Source of the DNA: an uncultured Draconibacterium sp. | GTDB lineage: Bacteria; Bacteroidota; Bacteroidia; Bacteroidales; Prolixibacteraceae | Reading direction: 5' to 3' | NCBI GenBank assembly: GCA_963677455.1 | Contig: OY781971.1 | Span: 5,889,180-5,953,179 of the forward strand | Length of the DNA stretch: 64,000 nucleotides | Notes under the pieces: generated by a model | Told to the model about the DNA's origin: nothing | The model's input: only the letters and a program-made list of their open reading frames with translations | The model's database searches: none | Shown here: positions 39,172 to 50,411 of the stretch, in pieces | Numbering within the stretch: the first letter of the stretch is position 1 | How the letters are laid out: every line of letters begins with the position of its first letter | Translations under genes and position numbers: made by a program

Positions 39172-41823
39172 ATGGAATATAAATTCGCAGAAATAGAGCC
39201 GAAGTGGCAAAAGTATTGGGAAGAAAATAAAACGTTCAAAACAAACGACGATTTCACAAAACCAAAATATTACATCCTTGATATGTTTCCCTATCCTTCG
39301 GGAGCTGGTTTGCATGTGGGGCACCCGGAAGGTTATACCGCAACAGATATTCTGAGCCGGTACAAACGGATGAAAGGTTTTAATGTTTTGCACCCGATGG
39401 GCTACGATGCTTTTGGGCTTCCTGCGGAACAATATGCTATTCAAACCGGAACACATCCGGCTGTTACAACTCAAAAGAACTGCGACAATTTTCGTCGTCA
39501 GATTAAATCAATCGGTTTGAGTTACGATTGGGACCGTGAGATCAACACTACTGATCCAAAATATTTTAAATGGACACAGTGGATTTTTAAAAAGCTTTAC
39601 GATACTTATTTTAATGAGGAGCAGCAGAAAGGACGCCCCATTTCAGAACTGGTTATTCCTGAAAAAATTAAAGCTGAAGGGGAAGAAGCTGTAAAAAATT
39701 ACATTAGTGAGAAGCGTCTGGCTTATTACGATAATGCACAGGTTTGGTGGTGTAACTCGTGTAAAACGGTTTGTGCCAACGAAGAAGTGTTAACCGACGG
39801 CTCGCATGAAAAATGTGGGAACCAGGTTATTCGAAAAAATCTGAAACAATGGTTGCTCCGCATTCCGCATTACGGCGAACGATTGTTGAGCGGTTTGGAA
39901 GGTCTTGACTGGCCTGAAGGTGTAAAGGATATGCAGCGTAACTGGATTGGTAAATCTACCGGAGCCGAAGTTGATTTTGAAATTGACGGGCTTGGCAAAA
40001 AGTTGCGTGTTTATACTACCCGCCCTGATACTTTGTTTGGAGCAACTTATATGGTTGTGGCTCCTGAGCATGAGATGCTGGATTCCATTGTCACTGATGA
40101 TAAAAAAGAGGCTGTTGACACTTATGTAAAAGCAGCAGCTTTAAAATCGGATCTTGACAGAACCGATCTGGCAAAAGAAAAAACAGGGGTGTTTACCGGT
40201 CGTTATGCTGTTAACCCTGTTAACAATACAAAAATACCGATTTGGGTAGCCGATTATGTGTTGATGGGTTACGGTACCGGAGCTATTATGGCAGTGCCTG
40301 CACACGACGCGCGCGACTTTGAGTTTGCTAAAGAATTTGACATTCCGATTAACTGTATACTTGATCCGCAGGATGCTGAAAACCGCGAGGAAATACTGGC
40401 AGGCGATGCGTGTTGGACTGCAGATGGACAATACATTAATTCTGCCAGCAATGAGACCGGGCTTGATATTAATGGCCTGAATAAAGCTGCTGGTATTGAG
40501 CAAACTGTTGCCTGGCTCGAAGAAAGAGGTTTGGGTAAAGCTACGGTGAATTTCAAATTGCGCGACTGGTTGTTTAGCCGTCAGCGTTATTGGGGAGAGC
40601 CCTTCCCTGTAATTCACTGGGAAGATGGTGAGGTAACTTTGGTTGAAGATGAAAACCTACCATTGGAATTGCCGGATCTGGAAGAATACAAACCAAGTGA
40701 AAGTGGTGAATCTCCTCTTGCAAATGCAGGTGATTGGTTAATTGTTACCGATAAAAATGGACGAAAAGGTCGCCGCGAAACGAATACAATGCCGCAATGG
40801 GCAGGTTCTTGCTGGTATTACTTGCGTTACATTGATCCGAATAACGAGGAAAGTATTTTCGATGTAAAAAAAGAAAATTACTGGATGCCTGTCGACCTTT
40901 ATGTGGGTGGAGCAGAGCATGCGGTATTGCACTTATTATATTCACGTTTCTGGCACAAAGTGTTGTTTGATTTGGGTGTAGTTTCAACCGATGAACCCTT
41001 CCAGAAACTATTTAATCAGGGAATGATCCTGGCTTTTGCCTACGAAACTGCAACCGGTGCGAAAGTTGCGTCGGATTTGGTAGAAGAAAAGGATGGTAAA
41101 TACTTCCATACCGAAACCGGCGAAGAGTTGACACAGATTGTAGCAAAAATGTCGAAGTCGCTAAAGAATGTTGTAAATCCTGATGACGTGATTGAACGTT
41201 ACGGTGCTGATTCCTTACGTTTGTACGAAATGTTTATGGGGCCGCTGGACGAGCGTAAACCATGGGCTGAAAATGGTGTAAAGGGAGTTTTCAACTTTCT
41301 GGCACGCGCTTACCGTTTCTTTGCTGTTCCTGAAAATATTGTTGATGGAGAAGAAGACAAAGAAGTAGCGAAGCAGCTTCATCAAACCATCCAAAAAGTG
41401 GAACATGATATTTCCAATCTTAAATTCAATACCGGGATTTCTGCTTTGATGGTGTTCAATAATCTTGCAATCAAAAAAGGTAAGGTAACAAAAACAAGCG
41501 CCGAAACTTTTGCAAAAATACTGGCACCATACGCTCCACACATGGCCGAGGAATTATGGGCGTTGTATGGAAATACGGAGACCTTGGCATATGAGCCATG
41601 GCCTGCTGTAGATGAGAGTTTGTTGCAGGAAGATTCGCATGAGTACCCCGTTTCTTTTAACGGTAAAATGCGTTTCAAGATTGAGCTACCGTTGGATATG
41701 GCAAAAGATGAAATTGAAGAAACCGTACTTGCGGATGAGCGCTCGGCAAAATGGATGGAAGGAAAAACAGTCCGGAAATTTATCTTTGTACCAAAGAAGA
41801 TTATCAATATTGCGATTGGATAA
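39172..41823 (+). CDS. leuS: Leucyl-tRNA synthetase
   Basis: [14 protein letters not shown], editing domain TTRPDT...[31 protein letters not shown]. Confidence 0.98.
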   Translation: MEYKFAEIEPKWQKYWEENKTFKTNDDFTKPKYYILDMFPYPSGAGLHVGHPEGYTATDILSRYKRMKGFNVLHPMGYDAFGLPAEQYAIQTGTHPAVTTQKNCDNFRRQIKSIGLSYDWDREINTTDPKYFKWTQWIFKKLYDTYFNEEQQKGRPISELVIPEKIKAEGEEAVKNYISEKRLAYYDNAQVWWCNSCKTVCANEEVLTDGSHEKCGNQVIRKNLKQWLLRIPHYGERLLSGLEGLDWPEGVKDMQRNWIGKSTGAEVDFEIDGLGKKLRVYTTRPDTLFGATYMVVAPEHEMLDSIVTDDKKEAVDTYVKAAALKSDLDRTDLAKEKTGVFTGRYAVNPVNNTKIPIWVADYVLMGYGTGAIMAVPAHDARDFEFAKEFDIPINCILDPQDAENREEILAGDACWTADGQYINSASNETGLDINGLNKAAGIEQTVAWLEERGLGKATVNFKLRDWLFSRQRYWGEPFPVIHWEDGEVTLVEDENLPLELPDLEEYKPSESGESPLANAGDWLIVTDKNGRKGRRETNTMPQWAGSCWYYLRYIDPNNEESIFDVKKENYWMPVDLYVGGAEHAVLHLLYSRFWHKVLFDLGVVSTDEPFQKLFNQGMILAFAYETATGAKVASDLVEEKDGKYFHTETGEELTQIVAKMSKSLKNVVNPDDVIERYGADSLRLYEMFMGPLDERKPWAENGVKGVFNFLARAYRFFAVPENIVDGEEDKEVAKQLHQTIQKVEHDISNLKFNTGISALMVFNNLAIKKGKVTKTSAETFAKILAPYAPHMAEELWALYGNTETLAYEPWPAVDESLLQEDSHEYPVSFNGKMRFKIELPLDMAKDEIEETVLADERSAKWMEGKTVRKFIFVPKKIINIAIG

Positions 41824-41843
41824 GCAATCCGAATAATACAAAG

Positions 41844-41874
41844 AAAGGGATGACAAAACTGTCATCCCTTTTTT
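41844..41874 (+). terminator. leuS terminator
   Basis: AAAGGGATGACA-AAAC-TGTCATCCCTTT plus T-run. Confidence 0.88.
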
Positions 41875-42147
41875 ATGAAAAAGTATTTTTGAGTTTTCAC
41901 AATTGTATTTCTTCTCTACTTATTTGAATTTGCAACATCGCACGAATCTATAAAATGAGTTTTCCTTGCAGTTGATGAAAACTTGTTGCAATCGTTTTCT
42001 AAGTAATTTACCCAGCAGTTTACTTCAATATTCCTTAGCGATTTATGGGGATATTGCTGATAATTTCCTATATCGAAAATAGATATGTATCGGTTTATTA
42101 TTTTTTCTCTAAATTGTAAGCAAGGAATTTAAAAGATAAGGCAAACT

Positions 42148-44280
42148 GTGTATAGGGAAATTCAATCGATTCGTTCCAGAATCACCGATCGGATTATCGT
42201 AATCGCGGTCGTTTTTCTTACTCCTGCTTTTATTGCGTCTATTACCAGATGGGTAGAAGTTGGATGGTTAAATATTTATATCGTCCATACTTTTCTTTAT
42301 GCTTTGGTGATCGGGATACTTATTTTCCGCGATAAAATCTCCACCAAACTAAAAGTATTCTGTCTTATTTTGCTATTTACTGTTCTCGGAATTGCAGCTT
42401 TATGGTATTTGGGATTTAGTGGATTGCATTATTTTGTGATCGTTGCAATAGCAATAGCATCAGTATTATCAGAACGAAAAACTGCTTACTGGCTCATTGG
42501 TATTATTGCTACTATTTATATGGGCATAGGTATTTTGTACATGTTGCATATTCATAATGCAAAAGTTGAACTGAATGAGTTTTCACATTCAATATTACAA
42601 TGGTCGACAATTATTCTATCGCTGATCGCTTTTGCAGCTATTTTTATCGATGGTTTTGGTGAAATGTATAATACGCTGGTTTCTTCGTTATATGATAAAG
42701 AACTGGCGCAAAGAACCCTTAAACAGCAAAACAACGATTTAGAAAATGCGAAGAAGCAGCTTGCTGAAACTGTAAAACAGTTAAATGCAATAAACCTGAA
42801 ACTTCAGTTAAGTGAGGAAAAATATCGAACATTGATCAGCTTTTCTCCCGATATCGTTTATCGATACTCTACAAAAGGCGGTGGATTATTTTTTTCCGAA
42901 AGAACGCAAGACATTTTAGGTTATTCGCCCGAAGAGTTTGTAAACGGCTCATGGTTATGGTATTCGCTTATTGATGCGGATGATTTACAACTGTTGAAAT
43001 CAAACTTAAAACGAGCAAAACTCAATGAGAAGAATGTACAGGTATACAAAGTGAAAACTCAATCGGGTAAGTCGATCTGGGTTAAGGATACATTTTTCAT
43101 TATAAAACATAATATTGACGAGATTGTGGTACAGGGACATTTGGCAGATGTGACTGCACAGAAAAACATGGAACGAGAACTAAACGATAGCGAAGAACGC
43201 TGGCATTTTTCTGTTGATGGCAGTGAGCTTGGATTATGGGACTGGAATATCATTTCAAAAAAAGTATTCTATTCAAGGCAATGGAAGGAAATGTTGGGGT
43301 ATAATGAAGAAGATATTGAAGATGGATATACAGAATGGGAGAGCAGAGTGCATCCTGAGGACTTGCCAATGGTTTTAAAAGAGCTGAACAAATATTTTAA
43401 AGGCGAAAGCGACACATATTCTTGTGAACATCGGATGCGATGTAAGGATGGAAGCTATAAATGGATGCTCAACCGCGGAAAAATTCTAAATTACACAGAA
43501 GACGGTTCTCCTTTAAGAATGATTGGAACTCACTCTGATATTACTGAACAAAAACAGGCAGAGATGGAGCTTCGCAGGACAAATGCGACCAAGGATAAAT
43601 TCTTTTCTATTATTGCCCATGATTTAAAAAGCCCCTTCAATTCGATAATGGGACTGTCGGAAATACTTCACGAGAACTTTGATGACCTTGATGAGAAAAC
43701 CCGGAAGAAATTTGTGACCGGTATTCACGAAGGGGTAAGGAGAACTTATGATCTGCTTGAAGATTTGTTGTTGTGGTCGAGAGCCCAGAGAGATACCATT
43801 GATTTTTTCCCGGCTAACCTCGGTCTGGCTCAAGCTGTAGATGAAATGGTTAGTGTTTTAAAAATAGCTGCTGAAAATAAATCAATTCATATTCATACGC
43901 ATATTCCTGAAGGAACCAATGTTTTTGCCGATAAGTTTATGCTTTTGTCGGTGTTAAGAAACCTGATCTCGAACGCGATAAAGTTTACACCTAAAAATGG
44001 CGATATCAGAATTGGAGTTAATATGATAGAATATGATGGCAAGAGATTTACTAAAATCAGCGTTAAAGATACTGGTGTTGGAATTTCGGCAGAAGATCAT
44101 GTAACGATTTTCGATATTGGGCAAAATATCTCGAAGAGTGGTACCGAAAATGAAACCGGTACCGGAATGGGATTGCCGATCTGTTACGAGTTTGTAACAA
44201 AGCATGGCGGTAATATGTGGTTCGAAAGTGAGCCGGGTAAAGGGGCTACCTTTTATTTTACTCTCCCGCAAGCCGATTAA
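42148..44280 (+). CDS. Membrane-bound PAS/PAC sensor histidine kinase
   Basis: About 6 TM segments, two PAS/PAC domains, IIAHDLKSPF H-box, NLISNAIKF, DTGVG, GTGMGL. Confidence 0.95.
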   Translation: MYREIQSIRSRITDRIIVIAVVFLTPAFIASITRWVEVGWLNIYIVHTFLYALVIGILIFRDKISTKLKVFCLILLFTVLGIAALWYLGFSGLHYFVIVAIAIASVLSERKTAYWLIGIIATIYMGIGILYMLHIHNAKVELNEFSHSILQWSTIILSLIAFAAIFIDGFGEMYNTLVSSLYDKELAQRTLKQQNNDLENAKKQLAETVKQLNAINLKLQLSEEKYRTLISFSPDIVYRYSTKGGGLFFSERTQDILGYSPEEFVNGSWLWYSLIDADDLQLLKSNLKRAKLNEKNVQVYKVKTQSGKSIWVKDTFFIIKHNIDEIVVQGHLADVTAQKNMERELNDSEERWHFSVDGSELGLWDWNIISKKVFYSRQWKEMLGYNEEDIEDGYTEWESRVHPEDLPMVLKELNKYFKGESDTYSCEHRMRCKDGSYKWMLNRGKILNYTEDGSPLRMIGTHSDITEQKQAEMELRRTNATKDKFFSIIAHDLKSPFNSIMGLSEILHENFDDLDEKTRKKFVTGIHEGVRRTYDLLEDLLLWSRAQRDTIDFFPANLGLAQAVDEMVSVLKIAAENKSIHIHTHIPEGTNVFADKFMLLSVLRNLISNAIKFTPKNGDIRIGVNMIEYDGKRFTKISVKDTGVGISAEDHVTIFDIGQNISKSGTENETGTGMGLPICYEFVTKHGGNMWFESEPGKGATFYFTLPQAD

Positions 44281-44449
44281 TGTAATAAGCATCTATCTTT
44301 TAATCAAAAAAATAAGCCATTTCAGGCTAATTAAAATCCTCTGATTTTAAATCTGTGTTAATTCGGGAAATACTGATAAAGCTCAGATTTTAAGTTGTTT
44401 GGTCTTTGTTGCTTTGCGCGCAATTTTTAACCACATAATTGTATAAGAA

Positions 44450-45328
44450 ATGTTTACAGAAATGCTGGCAACAAACCAAAACCTAATTAAAACAATTAAA
44501 GACTACGGGATCATTACGTTTGGACTGTTTCTTTTTGCCATTGGATGGGTTTTATTTGTAATTCCGGCGGGTATTTCTGGAGGAGGGATCAGTGGAGTCG
44601 CTGCTGTAATATACTATGCCAGCGATATCCCGATTAGTATAAGTTATCTTGCAATAAATGTGGTGTTAGTACTTATTGCGATTAAGATTTTAGGTGCCAA
44701 TTTCGGTGTGAAGACAATATACAGTATTCTCGTACTCACAGCCTTTTTTGCATTGTTTGAGGGAACTGTAAGAGAGCCTTTGGTTGACGATATGTTTTTA
44801 TCTTCGGTTATCGGAGGTATGTTAAATGGTGTCGGATTAGGGGTGGTGTTTTCTCGGGGGGGGAGTACCGGTGGAACCGATATTTTTGCAATGATCATAA
44901 ATAAGTATCGCAATGTTAGTCCCGGCCGGGTGATTATGCTTTGTGATGTTATCATAATCGGATCAGTTTATTTTGTTTTTAAATCTGTTGAAAAACTGGT
45001 TTATGGTTATGTTGTAATGTGGGTGGTATCTTATGCGCTTGATTCTTTTTTAAGTGGAGCAAACCGGTCGGCTCAAATGTTTATCATTTCAAAAGAATAC
45101 GAAAAAATTGCAGAGTATATCAACAAGGAAGCTATTCGGGGAGTAACCTTGCTCGATGGATCGGGATGGTATACCAAGCAAGATACCAAAGTGATTATGT
45201 CGGTAGTGCGTAAAAAAGAAACCGGTGCAATTTTTAGGCAAATAAAACAGATTGATCCTGACGCATTTATTTCTATGGGAAGCGTTATGGGAGTTTATGG
45301 GCAGGGCTTCGAAAAGCTGAAACTGTAG
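44450..45328 (+). CDS. YitT-family membrane protein
   Basis: GGISG, GGSTGGTDI, IDPDAFI DUF2179-like tail. Confidence 0.92.
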   Translation: MFTEMLATNQNLIKTIKDYGIITFGLFLFAIGWVLFVIPAGISGGGISGVAAVIYYASDIPISISYLAINVVLVLIAIKILGANFGVKTIYSILVLTAFFALFEGTVREPLVDDMFLSSVIGGMLNGVGLGVVFSRGGSTGGTDIFAMIINKYRNVSPGRVIMLCDVIIIGSVYFVFKSVEKLVYGYVVMWVVSYALDSFLSGANRSAQMFIISKEYEKIAEYINKEAIRGVTLLDGSGWYTKQDTKVIMSVVRKKETGAIFRQIKQIDPDAFISMGSVMGVYGQGFEKLKL

Positions 45329-45438
45329 TTCCGTAAAACTTTCGCGTCTAAATTTTTTTCAAAGAAAGCTTTAACCATACATACTAAATTCCTTTTCTGC
45401 ATAGTTTTTTTATTTTTGTCTTTATAAAGCGAAACAGC

Positions 45439-46710
45439 ATGTGGAAAAATTTTAGATGGTTATTTTTAGGGGTAGGACTGTTTATCGCAATTAGCCAGTT
45501 TTCATGTACTTCGAAAACTGAAAAGCAGGCCGGACAAATACAGATAGATACAATTGTTCCGATAGCAGAGCCTGTTCTTAAATACGGACTTCCGGTAGAT
45601 TCTTTTCAGATAGAATTCGGGAAAGTGAAAAACAACCAGTATCTGAGTCAGATTCTCAATGCGCGTGGAGTAGGTATGGGAACTATCGATCAAATTGCGC
45701 GAAAATCAAAATCAATATTTGATGTTCGAAAGATAAAAAGTGGCGAAAACTATGCGATTTTCTCAAGTAAAGATACGTTGAGTGAAGCGCAGTATTTTGT
45801 TTATGAAAATTCGCCTGTGGAGTACACCGTGTTTGAACTGTTTGATACACTTGGGATTTACCAGGGACAAAAAGAAATAGAAACTCGTTTACGAACCGCT
45901 TGTGGTGAAGTGGAATCTTCGTTATGGAACGCGATGGTGGATAAAGGGCAAGACCCGATGTTGGCACTCGAATTATCTGATATTTTCGCCTGGACAATCG
46001 ACTTCTTCGCCATTCAACGTGGCGACCGTTTTCGGGTGATTTACGACGAACTTTATGTGGATTCAGTGTCCATTGGTATTGGCGAGATTTATGCTGTTCA
46101 GTTTGATCATTACGGTGCAGAGAACTATGCTTTTATATTTGATCAGGACGGAAGAATGGATTACTTCGATGAAAATGGGAAGAGTCTTCGGAAAGCTTTC
46201 TTAAAAGCGCCGCTTCAGTTTTCGAGGATTAGTTCACGTTTTTCCAATAGCAGATTGCATCCGGTGTTGCGAATTCGTCGTCCGCACCACGGAGTAGACT
46301 ATGCTGCACCAAAAGGAACTCCGGTAATGAGTATTGGTGACGGAACCGTAATTGCGCGGGCCTACCAAAAAAATGGTGGTGGAAATTATGTGAAGATCAA
46401 ACACAACTCGGTATACACAACAACTTATATGCACCTTTCCGGATTTGGAAAAGGAGTGAATACCGGAGCAAGGGTAAAACAAGGGCAGGTAATTGGTTAT
46501 GTTGGTGCTACGGGATTGGCTACCGGGCCACATCTCGATTTTAGAGTTGCAAAAAACGGATCATATGTTGACCCGTTAAAAGTAAAAGCACCTCCGGTTG
46601 AGCCCGTTAAAGAAGAAAATATGGAGCGATATACTGCCGTAAAGGATTCGTTGATGAACGAGCTTCAAAAAATTGAGTGGGAAATTCCACTTCTTGCCGA
46701 TTCTAAATAA
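45439..46710 (+). CDS. M23 peptidase (peptidoglycan DD-endopeptidase-like)
   Basis: RPHHGVDYAA, YMHLS, ATGPHLDF zinc motifs. Confidence 0.94.
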   Translation: MWKNFRWLFLGVGLFIAISQFSCTSKTEKQAGQIQIDTIVPIAEPVLKYGLPVDSFQIEFGKVKNNQYLSQILNARGVGMGTIDQIARKSKSIFDVRKIKSGENYAIFSSKDTLSEAQYFVYENSPVEYTVFELFDTLGIYQGQKEIETRLRTACGEVESSLWNAMVDKGQDPMLALELSDIFAWTIDFFAIQRGDRFRVIYDELYVDSVSIGIGEIYAVQFDHYGAENYAFIFDQDGRMDYFDENGKSLRKAFLKAPLQFSRISSRFSNSRLHPVLRIRRPHHGVDYAAPKGTPVMSIGDGTVIARAYQKNGGGNYVKIKHNSVYTTTYMHLSGFGKGVNTGARVKQGQVIGYVGATGLATGPHLDFRVAKNGSYVDPLKVKAPPVEPVKEENMERYTAVKDSLMNELQKIEWEIPLLADSK

Positions 46711-46806
46711 GCATCACTTTAATCGATAGTTCTTTCGAAATCGATAGATTCTCTTTTGTGATTCAATTTAAATTACTATTATCGTCCTAACTTAAAATTG
46801 GCAGAA

Positions 46807-47538
46807 ATGAAACGATTTTTGATATTGATGGTGTTGGGAGCTGTACTTTTTAGCTCATGCGTCCGAAATAAAAATCCACAGCAAGGACAACAAAGTGTAA
46901 TTCAACCCGATCAACATGTTTTTGAAGTAGTTGAAGTCGTTCAGGGAAACACTTATACATACTTGCAGGTGAAAGAAAATATGAATGAACGTTGGATTGC
47001 CATCGGAAGAAAAGATGTGAATAAGGGCGATGTTTACTATTACGATGAAGCGTTGCAAATGACTGATTTTCATAGCAAGGAAATCGATCGGACATTTGAT
47101 GTTATATACTTCGTAAATCAGGTGAGTAAAACACCGATTAACAAAAAACCGATGGGAGCAATGGGTGAGATGCCTGCCGGACATTCTGGTAAAGTAAAAG
47201 CCCAAAGTGCAGAAGTGGAACTGAATAAGCCTGAAGGAGAGATAACTATTGCTGATATTTTTCGGAATAGAGCCGATTACACCGATGAGGAATTTGAAAT
47301 CAGAGGAGTTGTGGTTAAAGTAAACGACCAAATAATGGGTAAAAACTGGGTACATATTCAGGATGGCACCCAAAGCGACGGAAAATTTGATTTAACCATT
47401 ACCACACAGGAAGTTGTAAAAGTAGGTGACGAGGTAATTTTTAAAGGAAAACTTACGCTTGAAAAAGATTTTGGAGCCGGATATTATTACGACCTGATTG
47501 TTGAAGACGCTACCTTGGTTAGCAAAAAAGTATCTTAG
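46807..47538 (+). CDS. Two-domain beta-barrel lipoprotein (NrfJ-like plus OB-fold-like)
   Basis: Lipobox FSSC; YTYLQV...WIA...DFHSKEIDRTF; RGVVVKV...GKNWVHIQDG. Confidence 0.72.
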   Translation: MKRFLILMVLGAVLFSSCVRNKNPQQGQQSVIQPDQHVFEVVEVVQGNTYTYLQVKENMNERWIAIGRKDVNKGDVYYYDEALQMTDFHSKEIDRTFDVIYFVNQVSKTPINKKPMGAMGEMPAGHSGKVKAQSAEVELNKPEGEITIADIFRNRADYTDEEFEIRGVVVKVNDQIMGKNWVHIQDGTQSDGKFDLTITTQEVVKVGDEVIFKGKLTLEKDFGAGYYYDLIVEDATLVSKKVS

Positions 47539-47570
47539 TTTAAATTAGACAAATATCCCTAAAATAAATT

Positions 47571-47597
47571 TATATTTGTATCTAAATATTTAGATAC
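47571..47597 (+). promoter_or_regulatory. -7 box overlapped by a perfect 20-bp palindrome
   Basis: TATATTTG (47571-47578); GTATCTAAATATTTAGATAC (47578-47597). Confidence 0.7.
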
Positions 47598-47602
47598 ATA
47601 AA

Positions 47603-47851
47603 ATGAAATTCAAAAAGCTTGAGATTAAAGAGGAGGGTAACTGGCTGCAACGGCAGATTAGAAAGCCACATATCAGGAAAACCTTGCTTTATATTATTCT
47701 CGGAGCAATTGGAGGATTCTTGTTCTATTACCTTTCAGAAGGGATGCACATGGACGCAATGCCTCGGGGCGAAATAGTGCAAAGTGTGCTGGTTGGTGCT
47801 TTCCTAGGCTTCTTTATTACCAATAGCCCTTGTGCCAAAGGACGATGCTAG
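47603..47851 (+). CDS. Small 2-TM protein with C-terminal CxxGxC
   Basis: Two hydrophobic segments; ends ITNSPCAKGRC. Confidence 0.75.
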   Translation: MKFKKLEIKEEGNWLQRQIRKPHIRKTLLYIILGAIGGFLFYYLSEGMHMDAMPRGEIVQSVLVGAFLGFFITNSPCAKGRC

Positions 47852-48005
47852 GTTTCCAAAATCCCTTATCTTTTTGGTTTTATTCGAATAACTTTTTCGT
47901 ATAGCTTTTATTTGAGCTACTTTATTTCTCTGTATATCTGTTGATTTTGTAATTTTATTCAGAAATCAGTACTTGTATGATAGGTAGCCACTTAATTAAA
48001 TCGCT

Positions 48006-49760
48006 ATGAAAAAGATCGTATTTTTCTCCGGAATTTTATTGTTTTTAATGGCTTGTTCTTCTCAGCCCAAAGAAAAAGAAAAGAGGGTAGAGATGTCGAC
48101 ACAAGATCAAAAAATGGAGTGGTGGCGCGAAGCCCGTTTCGGGATGTTCATTCATTGGGGATTATATGCACAACCTGCAGGCGAATGGAACGGAGAGCGT
48201 ATTCCCGGAATAAGCGAGTGGATAATGGCTCGGGCAGAGATCCCGGTTAGTGAGTATGAGAAATTGGCCGAAACTTTTAATCCTGTAAAATACAATGCCG
48301 ACGAGTGGGTAAAACTAGCCAAGTTTGCAGGCATGAAATATATCGTGATTACCTCAAAACATCATGATGGATTTGCAATGTTTGATTCCGATGCAAGTGA
48401 TTATAACATTGTTGATGCTACTCCATTTGATCGCGATCCGCTGAAAGAGTTAGCAGAAGCTTGTAAGAAATACGGTATTCGATTAGGTTTTTATTATTCG
48501 CAAGCCCAGGATTGGCACGAACCGGGTGGAACGTATTGGAATATCGAAGAGGGGCAGCCGCATTGGGATCCAGATCTGAAACGAGAACCTTTAATGAATT
48601 ACATTAACGGCAAGGCAGTTCCGCAGGTAAAAGAGATTTTAAAAAATTACGGAGACCTAGATATTCTGTGGTGGGACACACCAAGAGGAATGACAGAAGA
48701 GGCCGCACAAGCTTTGCAGGATGTCGCCGATGATTACCCGGATTTAATTACCAATAATCGTTTGTACAGGCCATGGCCCGGCGATTTTTCAACGCCGGAA
48801 CAACATATTCCGCCAACCGGACTGGATTATGATTGGGAAGTGTGTATGACTATGAATACCAGTTGGGGTTATAAATGGTACGACGAGAACTGGAAATCGA
48901 GTGAAGAGCTCATTAAAATGTTGGTTGATATTGCCAGCAAAGGCGGGAATTTCTTATTAAATGTTGGACCAACTGCAGAAGGTGAGTTTCCGGAAGCGAG
49001 TGTTGAGCGATTAAAGGAGATTGGTTCGTGGATGCAGCTTAACGGAGAGTCGATATACGGAACCTCTGCCAGCCCGTTCTTTAAACTTCCCTGGGGACGC
49101 TGTACGGTGAAGAAAGTAAGAGGAGGCACCAATTTATACCTTCATGTTTTTGATTGGCCCAAAACCGGTCTGCTAACCGTTCCGGGATTTAAAGGCAGGG
49201 TAAACGATGTTTATCTTTTATCGAATCCTAAACAGCATTTTGCCTGGAAATTTGACGAGGATAACCTGAATATACACGCGCCTTCTGTAATTTTCGATGA
49301 GATAAATACCGTGGTAGTTGTAAAGCTAAAAGGCAAGTATGAAGTAACCAGCAATAAGCCGACTTTGAGAGAGGGCAGTATTTTGTTACCAGCTGATTAT
49401 GTAGATATACATAATCCGGGATATGGACAGCATGCCGTTGTAAAAGGATCCGGAACGGAATCAGTGATTACTAATTGGGTAGATCCCCGGTCTCGGTTAG
49501 AATGGATGTTTGCAACTACAGAGCCTGGGAAATATCGTGTAGAAACTTTGGTAAGAACAGCTGAAGGTGCTTCATTGAGTTTTGATTTGGCAGGAGCGAA
49601 ACAGGCAGCAGCACTACCATCAACCGGAGATAATTATGATTTGGTAGAACTGGGCGAAGTTGAAATTTCCGAAGCCGGCGACTTGGTAATTTCGTTGCAG
49701 CCGGATGTTCAAAATTGGAGTGATGTTGAATTGATCTATGTTGAATTGGTTAAGATTTAG
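48006..49760 (+). CDS. GH29 alpha-L-fucosidase lipoprotein with C-terminal CBM-like domain
   Basis: Lipobox LMAC; WWREARFGMFIHWG, TSKHHDGF, ILWWD nucleophile region. Confidence 0.94.
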   Translation: MKKIVFFSGILLFLMACSSQPKEKEKRVEMSTQDQKMEWWREARFGMFIHWGLYAQPAGEWNGERIPGISEWIMARAEIPVSEYEKLAETFNPVKYNADEWVKLAKFAGMKYIVITSKHHDGFAMFDSDASDYNIVDATPFDRDPLKELAEACKKYGIRLGFYYSQAQDWHEPGGTYWNIEEGQPHWDPDLKREPLMNYINGKAVPQVKEILKNYGDLDILWWDTPRGMTEEAAQALQDVADDYPDLITNNRLYRPWPGDFSTPEQHIPPTGLDYDWEVCMTMNTSWGYKWYDENWKSSEELIKMLVDIASKGGNFLLNVGPTAEGEFPEASVERLKEIGSWMQLNGESIYGTSASPFFKLPWGRCTVKKVRGGTNLYLHVFDWPKTGLLTVPGFKGRVNDVYLLSNPKQHFAWKFDEDNLNIHAPSVIFDEINTVVVVKLKGKYEVTSNKPTLREGSILLPADYVDIHNPGYGQHAVVKGSGTESVITNWVDPRSRLEWMFATTEPGKYRVETLVRTAEGASLSFDLAGAKQAAALPSTGDNYDLVELGEVEISEAGDLVISLQPDVQNWSDVELIYVELVKI

Positions 49761-49810
49761 AGGTTCGTAGCTTGCGAATCCATCTCTTTTTGCTTCAAAA
49801 TACTTTTTAC

Positions 49811-49838
49811 GCAACCATTTTTTATTTTGGTTCATCTA
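49811..49838 (+). promoter_or_regulatory. ECF-type promoter candidate
   Basis: GCAACC-N16-CATCTA, 39 nt upstream of the ATG at 49878. Confidence 0.6.
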
Positions 49839-49877
49839 TGGTTTGAAATGTTTTTCTTCAACTAATTCGAAGTTAAG

Positions 49878-50336
49878 ATGAAACCAAAGATTTATCGCTT
49901 ATCCGCGTTGTCGTTATTCTTATTTACTTTTTTTGTTTTAATGAGTGTGGGGTGTGACAGTGATGAACTTGCACCACACCATGCAAGAGGGAAAATTATT
50001 GCTGTTACCGGAGGATGCTATCTCGATGTAGTTTTGATTGAAGTAGAAGATCCTAAGAGGATTGGAAACGCCGGACATTTTTCTACTATTGGTAACGAAA
50101 TAGACGTTACGTACAATAATGCTATAAATGTCCCTTATTTCTCAAAAATTGGTATTCCCGATTCTGTTCCTCAAGTTGTTGGGACGGAGCTGTATTTTGA
50201 ATACCGCGAAATAACTGAAGAAGAAAAGGAAGAATCGAGCCTATTTGTATCTAATCCGGCAATGATTTGTTTGGCTATTTACGGTCCACCCTCTGGAACT
50301 CCAATGATTATTAAAAAAATAATAAGTTATAAATAG
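49878..50336 (+). CDS. Hypothetical lipoprotein
   Basis: Lipobox SVGC; no recognisable family motif. Confidence 0.75.
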   Translation: MKPKIYRLSALSLFLFTFFVLMSVGCDSDELAPHHARGKIIAVTGGCYLDVVLIEVEDPKRIGNAGHFSTIGNEIDVTYNNAINVPYFSKIGIPDSVPQVVGTELYFEYREITEEEKEESSLFVSNPAMICLAIYGPPSGTPMIIKKIISYK

Positions 50337-50411
50337 AACTACTTTTAAAGAAAGAACCGTCCTCGAAAGAAGAACGGTTCTTAGTTTATGTGATAATTGA
50401 AATATGTTATC

